A DNA stretch of 63,570 nt, counting the filler, from Octopus bimaculoides (Eukaryota), in NCBI RefSeq assembly GCF_001194135.2. It is 6 parts of 6 records of this genome, joined end to end, with 100 filler letters (N's around TTAATTAATTAA, not from the genome) between each part and the next. Parts side by side here need not be neighbours in the genome. Positions count along the whole stretch, not along the records: positions 42,449 to 60,558 come from NC_068991.1; positions 60,659 to 62,261 come from NW_026367451.1; positions 62,362 to 63,570 come from NW_026407416.1; 3 more parts are not named here. One strand, written 5' to 3'. This document shows, one piece after another, positions 56,111 through 63,570 of this stretch (its first letter is position 1; the number at the start of each line of letters is the position of its first letter). The notes below the pieces were generated by a model. That model had not been told where the DNA came from. It searched no databases and worked only from the letters and a program-made list of their open reading frames with translations. The translations under genes and the position numbers were made by a program.

Positions 56111-56523
56111 TGTTTATGAAGCAATATCAACAAACATGAAAAGACATTATAATTTTTGAATCTGTGATGTCTCAGCAACAACAACAACAAAATCGAACCG
56201 CCATCTTAGTTACAAAAGTCAATAACAAGAACAGCAACAATTTGCTGTCAGACAAACTTTTAAAGAACACAAGAATGGAGATTTTTCAATGAGACCAATG
56301 TTGTTGTCTAGATATTAATTGAAATAAAGTGTTGAGCTCTGTAGAGATAAATGGGACATGATGGTACAGTGATGCACTCAGCAATGGATGATATTCGGTT
56401 TCGATTCCGGCCCCTAAGCTTCCATATCACTATCGTCACTTCCGGTCGAAACCGTGTTACGGATTATCCTCCGGTAAGCTTTTACATTATTACTGATTCT
56501 TCTAAAAAGAGCAGTTAGATATT

Positions 56524-56738
56524 GATTTCAACTTTTGGCACAAGGCCAGCAATGTTGCGGAAGGGGATAAACTCAATTACATCGACTCTAGTGTTTCACT
56601 AGTACTTAGTTTGTCGAATCCGAAAGGATGACAGGTAAAATCGACTTCGGCGGAATTTTAACTCAGAACAAAAAGACGGAAGAAATGCCGGAAAACATTT
56701 TGACCGGCGTGTTAACGAATCTGCCAGTTCGCCGCTTT
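56524..56738 (-). mobile_element. SINE family B
   Basis: Full-length reverse-complement copy. Confidence 0.85.
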
Positions 56739-56939
56739 AGTGTAGTTAACCATTTTTAGGCTGAGTGTGGTTTATTGACACAGTATGCATTATAAGCTAT
56801 TTGTCACATTTGCATTATAAGCTATTTGATTGATTATCACCTTGTATTTTCTCCTTTATTTGCGTCCCGCATGAATAGACTTGCTATTTATGCCCGACCT
56901 TAAAGGGTTAGATATTAAATGTCCTTCACACCACGAACC

Positions 56940-57395
56940 CCATCCTCCATCCACCTTCTCCTGTGATATCTCCTTCATGGGGTTCTAACAGTAGCAACCG
57001 TCGTTAGACTTACCAGCTGAATTCCTAAAGGTGACCAACCGAGACTATGAATATTATACAACCATCTCGTTCTTGGTCTACCCCTTGGTCTCCTGCCGGT
57101 TGGCTCATCTTCAAGAGTCCGTCTTGCGATTCTTTCCTGCTACATTCTAATCACATGCCTGTAGAACTGGAACTGTGACCTTTCAATGCGGAGAAGTATC
57201 GGATCGATCTGGAGAGACATACTGATTTCCGAACTTCGCACCCTCTGGTCTAACGTTACTCCAGTGATCTTTGGAAAAACTCATTTCGGCCACTTGCATT
57301 CGCGATCGCACTTTTTCGGTCATTATCCAACACTCATGACCATAGTTGAAGATAAGCACAAAAACTGACTTGAAGATAGCATCTTTACCAATTTC
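56940..57395 (-). mobile_element. RTE-type LINE 3' end
   Basis: AIFKSVFVLIFNYGHECWIMTEKVRSRMQVAEM, then RHVIRM*QERIARRTLEDEPTGRRPRGRPRTRW. Confidence 0.85.
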
Positions 57396-57464
57396 AGTTA
57401 TCTGTACTACATATAACGGTACTACATATATTGAATTTAACGGCACTACATATATTGAATAATT

Positions 57465-57675
57465 CTACCAAATCTTGGCACACAGCCAACAATTTTTGAC
57501 TAACACTTTATGTTATTGAACCCAAAGGGCACAAGACCCGCAATTTTCGACTGGTACTTTATGTTAACGACCCCAAAAGGATGAAATGTGAAATCGACCA
57601 CCGGAAAAATTTTGAACTAATTCAGAATATAAAGCCAGAAGAAATGCTGTTAAGCATTTTATCCGGCATGCTAAC
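57465..57675 (-). mobile_element. Old SINE family B
   Basis: gactggtacttt..gaccccaaaaggatgaaa..gaaatgctgttaagcatttt. Confidence 0.7.
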
Positions 57676-57762
57676 TAACCTCTGTTTCCCATTTTAGATG
57701 TTGAAAAATGTAATCCCGGATGCATTATGTCTAGTAAAATAAATGAGATGCTCACGACTGGA

Positions 57763-57903
57763 ACAGTTTCTGTCAACCAAATCCACTCACAAGGCTTTGC
57801 ATCCGTCCGAGGATATAGAAGGAGACTTACTGAAGGTGTAACGCAGTGGAACTGAACTCGGAGCCATGTGGTTGGGAAGCAACCTTGTTACTACACAGCC
57901 ACG
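57763..57903 (-). mobile_element. SINE family A head
   Basis: ccaaatccactcacaaggcttt..gcagtggaactgaactcggagccatgtggttgggaagc. Confidence 0.85.
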
Positions 57904-57915
57904 GCACAAATTCAC

Positions 57916-57977
<62 letters not shown>

Positions 57978-58204
57978 CATGCAAAGAGCCAATTCCAGAG
58001 AAATCCAATACTTTAACAAAATAATTTTTTAAGACATTTGTTGTAGCCTTAATCTTTCTTTTTATAATATAATCAAGGATAAGGGCGGTCGCCTTAATCC
58101 TTGGGAGTTCCTCTGAGATAGGGATGTTTATCTCTACGGCTGATATCCATTTATCATAACCGTTTGATGTTAATATCTACCTAGAAATTTAAGAGCGGTG
58201 GGGG

Positions 58205-58352
58205 TGAGGCAACATAGATTAAGAAATTTGCTTCACAGCCACGTATTGTTGGTTTCAGTCCCACTGTACGGTAACTTGGGTAAGTGTGTTCTATAATTCT
58301 GGGCCGACCAATGGCTTGTGAGTGGATATGCTAAACGGAAACTGAGAAACCT
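58205..58352 (+). mobile_element. Old SINE family A head
   Basis: tttcagtcccactgtacgg..gggccgaccaatggcttgtgagtggat..cggaaactgaga. Confidence 0.7.
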
Positions 58353-58372
58353 GATGCATCTGTTTCTAAATA

Positions 58373-58593
58373 ATAATGGTTTCACACTTTGGTACAAGGC
58401 CAGGAATTTGGGGGGACGGGAAAGATCGATTGCATCGACCCCCCTCCATTGCTCTACTGATTATTTTATCAACTCCGAAAGGGTGAAAGGTAAAATTGAC
58501 CCCGGCAGCATTTGAATTCAGAACGTAAATTCGAACGTATTGCCGCTCAGCATTTTGTCGGGCGTGCTAACGATTCTGCAAGCTCACTACCTT
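58373..58593 (-). mobile_element. SINE family B
   Basis: ttggtacaaggccag..cgtgctaacgattctgcaagctc. Confidence 0.85.
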
Positions 58594-58626
58594 AGTGAGA
58601 TATATGATAAAAATATATTGGTTCCA

Positions 58627-59000
58627 GTGGAGGCGCAATGGCCCAGTGGTTAGGACAGCGGACTCGCGGTTTCGATTCCCAGACCGGGCGGTGTGAGTGT
58701 TTATTGAGCGAAAACACCTAAAAGCTCCACGAGGCTCCGGTAGGGGATGGTGGCGAACCCTGCTGTACTCTTTCACCACAACTTTCTCTCACTTTTACTT
58801 CCTGTTTCTGTTGTGCCTGTAATTCAAAGAGTCAGCCTTGTCACACTGTGTCACGCTGAATATCCTCGAGAACTACGTTAAGGGTACACGTGTCTGTGGA
58901 GTGCTCAGCCACTTGCACGTTAATTTCACGAGCAGGCTGTTCCGTTGATCGGATCAACTGGAACCCTCGACGTCGAAAGCGACGGCGTGCCAACAACAAC
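58627..59000 (+). mobile_element. SINE family C, near full length, (AAC)n tail, 10-bp TSD
   Basis: tRNA-Arg-like head gtggaggcgcaatggcccagtggttagg..ttcgattccc. ATTGGTTCCA occurs at 58617-58626 and 59001-59010. Confidence 0.9.
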
Positions 59001-59004
59001 ATTG

Positions 59005-59221
59005 GTTCCAAGTTTTACCACAAAGCCAGCAATTTGCGGTGGAAGCGGCCTCGTTGATTAAATTGAAAGCAGTGTTCAACTGGTACTTTTTTTATCGACT
59101 TCAAAAAGGATGAGGAGCAAAGTCGACCTCGACGAAATTTGAAATCAGAACTCAAAGACGGACGAAATACCATTAAGCACTTTGACCGGCGTGCTAACGA
59201 TTCTGTGAGCTCACCGCCTTA
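59005..59221 (-). mobile_element. SINE family B (tail interrupted by family C)
   Basis: aagtcgacctcgacgaaatttgaa..cggcgtgctaacgattctg. Confidence 0.85.
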
Positions 59222-60368
59222 GTCGGATTTATAATAAAAATATATTAGAATTAAAAATGGTATTTTAGGAATACAAGAAAAGGAGTGGATTTGGATAGGG
59301 ACGTATTACATTTTATAATTCAGAATTATAACTACCAGTTACACGACCGCGTCTTATTTTAATTAATGCTATTTCAATTAATTTTTCGGGTTTGTTATTC
59401 TACTTGACCAGAGTTAATTAATGTTACGCTAATTAATTTTTTTCTTATATATCTTCCTCTCTGCAAGCGTAATTTTGATAATTAAAAATTTCTTGGTTCA
59501 TCACACAAAACGCGTTATTACAGATTTAGTTGATTCTCTCTTAAGAATCCGGATCATTGGACAACTACCACTACCGCTACTGCTGCTACTGCTGCTACTG
59601 CTGCTGTTTCTCCTACTATTACTACAACTAATTCTACCACTACTGATGCTGCTTCTCCTCCTCTTCATTTTCAGCTCCTCTCTCTTCTTCCTTCTCCCCT
59701 CACTTTCCTCCTTTCTACTCCTCCACCTTTCTCCTTCTCCTTCTTCTCCGCTTTTTCTTCCCCCCCCCTTCTCCCTTCTCCCTTCTCCTCCGTTTATTCC
59801 TCCTTTCTCTTCCCTCTTTTCTTCTCTTCCTTCCTCGGTTTCCCCTCTGTGGAATCAAGGTTGAAACTGAATGAAGTGAGTTTTATGCAATATATTGTTT
59901 GAGGAGCGGAGTGGGGATGGGGGACGGATGTCAGTAATTCAACTGAAAGGTCATGTCTGTGACCTTTGTACTCAAAACTTGAAACTGCCTGTTATCATTA
60001 AAAAAAAAACATACGAGGAAAGCCTATTTGTATGGGTGCGCGCACGCTCGTGTGTGCGATAAATTGTGGGATTGACATGAGCTGCACTGCAGCACATCAG
60101 CAAATAGACTTCACACTATTTGCATGTATGTCCCAGACAGACGATTCACTTCGTTTCCCGATCCTTCGAGTACATGGTACTAAGCTATATTACTGGCGAA
60201 ATATCGACACCTTAATCATCTCGAGTTGAATTGTCTTGCCATGTCTGGGACACTAAGTGTTCCTTAATACTCAACGCCATGTGGAGAACTTTTCCAGGAT
60301 GCTGTCCCGCAACAACTGGTCGTATAGACAAAACATATACGCTATGTGTGTGTGTGCGCGTGTGTGTA

Positions 60369-60514
60369 GGTGCAGAAGTGGCTGTGTGGTAGGAAGCTTG
60401 CTTGTCAATCACACGGTCCCGGGTTCAGTCCCACTGCGTGACACCTTCAGCAAGTGTCTTCTACTTTAGCCTCGTGAGTGGATTTGGTGGACTGAAACTA
60501 AAAGAAGCCCGTCG

Positions 60515-60515
<1 letters not shown>
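60369..60515 (+). mobile_element. SINE family A head followed by (CA)n
   Basis: gtggctgtgtggtaggaagcttgc..cgggttcagtcccactgcgtg..gaagcccgtcg. Confidence 0.9.
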
Positions 60516-60558
<43 letters not shown>

Positions 60559-61257
60559 NNNNNNNNNNNNNNNNNNNNNNNNNNNNNNNNNNNNNNNNNN
60601 NNTTAATTAATTAANNNNNNNNNNNNNNNNNNNNNNNNNNNNNNNNNNNNNNNNNNNNTTTTTTTTTTTTTTTTTTTCAATTTTCCTCTTTTTTTTCTTT
60701 CGAAAAGAAAAGCTCCACATATTTGTTTCCTTTATGTTTGACCCTGTGTGGCCAATAAAGATATCTATCTATCTACCTGTCTATCTATCTATCCGTCTTT
60801 CTGTCTTTCTATCTGTCTGTGTTTTTAGTCAGCAGAAGTTACACAGTGACTCAAGGGCCAAGGGTTTCGTGTATGATATCCACGAAGCCTTTGACTCCCA
60901 AGACTGATTAAAAATAAATACTTACCATTCATATTCTGAGGTCTGTTTACTTTGTTTCCACAACGCTTGAATACAAACAACTACGATACATAAGGCACAT
61001 GAAGGCTTGGCAGAAACGTTTGCGTGCCTGTACGACAAAGTGTAGAAGTGTTGAGAGAAAGACTGGGAATAACAGACATCAGATGTAATACAGTTCTATA
61101 TTTAAGAGATGAGGAATTATTTACATTTGACGGATATTTGTCCTCATCTTTGTTGTTAACACGTTTCGGCTGATATACCATCCAGCCTTCGAACCTGGGT
61201 TCTCATTCCTAACGATGTTACTATTATTATTAAATTATTATTATTAATATTATTAAT

Positions 61258-61331
61258 CAAGTCGCTGCCGTGAATCGAACTCGGAACCTTGGGGTTAGTA
61301 GCCCGCGCTCTTAACCACTACGCCATATGCC
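61258..61331 (-). other. tRNA-derived Pol III head (tRNA-Thr-like) inside the composite element
   Basis: Minus strand reads GGCATATGGCGTAGTGGTTAAGAGCGCGGGCTACTAACCCCAAGGTTCCGAGTTCGATTCACGG. A box TGGCGTAGTGG, B box GAGTTCGATTC, anticodon-like loop CTACTAA. The acceptor stem does not pair, so it is not a functional tRNA. Confidence 0.65.
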
Positions 61332-61494
61332 TGTGGGCAATTATGGGGTGAATTTTAAGGCTTATAAATCTATTATTTTTTATCCTTCCTCAATACCGGT
61401 TCCCATATGCTATTCATATCTGTACTCGGTCTGCTTAGGAGGTTGTTGTGTCCTAGCATATGTGCTGCTTCTTTTAGTTTTCGTATTTCCCCAA

Positions 61495-61540
61495 GACACC
61501 TGACGAAGGCTGGAGGGTATATCAGCCGAAACGTTGTGTT
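61495..61540 (+). ncRNA. Minimal type I hammerhead ribozyme motif (Penelope-like element type)
   Basis: GACAC-CTGACGA-A-GGCTG(gagggtatat)CAGCC-GAAA-CG-TT-GTGTT. Contains the CUGANGA core, a 5-bp stem II, GAAA, palindromic AACGTT in place of stem III, a GUU triplet, and stem I GACAC/GTGTT. One extra A follows the core. Confidence 0.7.
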
Positions 61541-61675
61541 AACAACAAACAAGATGAGGACAAATATCCGTCAAATGTAAATAATGTAAATAATCAGATG
61601 TAATGTGCTAGAGAAGAAAGTACATTTTGTTTTTGTAGTTTCAGCTCAGAGCTGTGGCCATGTTAAGGGTAGAAG

Positions 61676-61783
61676 TATCTGTGGAGTGCTCAGCCACTTG
61701 CACGTTAATTTCACGAGCAGGCTGTTTCGTTGATCGGATCAACTGGAACCCTCGAAGTCGCAACCGATGGAGTGCCACGACAA
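61676..61783 (+). mobile_element. SINE family C 3' fragment
   Basis: tctgtggagtgctcagccacttgcacgttaatttcacgagcaggctg, nearly identical to 58893-58990. Confidence 0.9.
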
Positions 61784-61919
61784 TATTGGAAGATACTTGT
61801 CCAATTTAGGCATGAATATCATCATCATCATCAAATGTCATATATACACACATACATATTGATACACACATATATATACACACACACATATGTATATACA
61901 TACATACACACACACACAG

Positions 61920-61950
<31 letters not shown>

Positions 61951-62020
61951 CATAAGCACACATACACACACACATATATATACACACATACATACACAGA
62001 CACACACGCACAAATATATT

Positions 62021-62261
62021 CTTTTATTCTATCATTCTCTTTTGCTGAACTGCTAAGTAACGAGACGTAAACACACCAGCATTGGTTGTCAAGCAATGGT
62101 GGGGGTGCAGACACAGACACACAAACGTATACACACACATACACATACATATATATATACACATATATATATTTGGTCGACCCGAGGCTTTAGTAGAAGA
62201 CACTTGCGCACGGTGCCACACAGTGGGACTGAACCCGGAACCATGTGGTCGAGAAGCAAGC
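62021..62261 (-). mobile_element. SINE family A: head, microsatellite, body
   Basis: Head 62173-62261 (cut by a gap), body 62021-62125. Confidence 0.8.
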
Positions 62262-63019
62262 NNNNNNNNNNNNNNNNNNNNNNNNNNNNNNNNNNNNNNN
62301 NNNNNTTAATTAATTAANNNNNNNNNNNNNNNNNNNNNNNNNNNNNNNNNNNNNNNNNNNNGTATGTATGTATGTATGTGTGTGCATGCGTATATATATG
62401 TGTGTGTGTATGTTTGTATGTATGTATTCTGCATAATCATGTGTTTATGTGTTCATGTTTGTGTGTTTGTTTGTGTGTGTCTGTGTTTGGTTTGTGTGAC
62501 TATGTACATGCGTCTGTTTAAGTATGGATGTGTGTCTCCATATGTATCCTTGTGTGTGTGTGTGTGTGTCTGTGTGCAAAGTGTCCGTGTGTGTATATAG
62601 TCATGTGTTTCAGTTTTCTTTTGTGTATGTATGTGTGTATATGTGTGTGTTTCCGTATTACCTATATACCTATCCATCTACTTATTTATNNNNNNNNNNA
62701 TGTGTGTGTTTCCGTATTACCTATATACCTATCCATCTACTTATTTATCTGTTTACTTACATATCCATTTACGTACTTACACACACTCACACACACATAC
62801 ACACACACACACAAATACGCGCACACATACACTCACACACACATACACTCACACACACATACACTCACACANNNNNNNNNNACACACATACACTCACACA
62901 CACATACACTCACACACACATACACACACACGCATCTACATAACGGCCTACCAACAAATCTACCTGTGTATGTATGAACTGTGGGTATTGTGGCATCGCT
63001 ACCTTCTATGTGTACTGGG

Positions 63020-63369
63020 TATTTAGTACTAGGGGATGTTTCATTTATGAGGACGTACTCCTGTATTTGTCTGAGTGTTGNNNNNNNNNNATTTATGAGG
63101 ACGTACTCCTGTATTTGTCTGAGTGTTGGGTCCTTCGGGTACTTGGATAAAATGCAGATGTCAAGTCGACCCAGTGTGCTTCCATGTTGGTCTTTGGCAT
63201 GTTGGTAGAGTNNNNNNNNNNACCCAGTGTGCTTCCATGTTGGTCTTTGGCATGTTGGTAGAGTATGGAGGGGTATTTTTTGGTCGTCATATTCTCTCAA
63301 ATGTGCACTTACGCTCTCTGCAATGCTTCTAGATGTCTCACTAATGTATGTCATATTCTTGTCATTACA
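63020..63369 (-). mobile_element. Penelope-like GIY-YIG endonuclease C-terminal fragment
   Basis: CNDKNMTYISETSRSIAESVSAHLREY..LYQHAKDQH..ILSKYPKDPTLRQIQEYVLINETSP matches YIGETSR..EH..H..H..IL..R..E..I..P. Interrupted by two 10-N gaps with duplicated flanks. Confidence 0.75.
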
Positions 63370-63570
63370 AGACAAGAATACACGCGCACACTTCACACAC
63401 ACACAAGAACACATATGGAGACACACATCCATACATAACAACGCACGTACAGAGTCACATAGATCCATACACATAGACACACTCAAACATGTATACACAT
63501 GGAGACAGAAGTGCAAAACAAATACACACATACATACACACACATACATACACACACATACATACACACA

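Larger units (their letters stand above)
61090..61592. mobile_element. TSD-bounded non-autonomous composite element: inverted Penelope-like arms plus an internal tRNA-like head
   Basis: Direct repeat ATCAGATGTAAT at 61078-61089 and 61593-61604. Near-identical inverted arms at ~61116-61191 and ~61506-61585. tRNA-like segment on the minus strand between them. No ORF. Confidence 0.8.

Noticed and set aside
60130-60290. Possible Tc1 relic (NIDTL..HVWD)
   Set aside because: The motif match is too short and degenerate to support.
62630-63260. Exact short tandem duplications around 10-N gaps
   Set aside because: These are overlapping contig ends that were not merged, an assembly artefact.

Overview
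This is AT-rich, repeat-saturated eukaryotic DNA with roughly 7 kb of N gaps, most of them flanked by (AT)n. The SINE families and microsatellite load look like octopus (coleoid cephalopod) DNA; that is inferred from recall, not from a search. I recognise no intact host protein-coding gene, and nearly all listed ORFs are microsatellite or N-gap artefacts. Supportable content: (1) many copies of three tRNA-headed SINE families, called A, B and C here; (2) decayed retroelement fragments (RTE, CR1-like RT, R4/Dong-type REL, Penelope GIY-YIG); (3) decayed DNA transposases (Tc1/mariner and CMC/Chapaev3-like); (4) a tRNA-Lys(CTT) pseudogene; (5) small foldback/MITE-like elements. The most interesting item is a 503-bp unit at 61090-61592 bounded by a 12-bp target-site duplication. 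It combines a tRNA-derived Pol III head with inverted arms carrying a Penelope-type minimal hammerhead ribozyme, and may be a SINE-like element that uses Penelope machinery.
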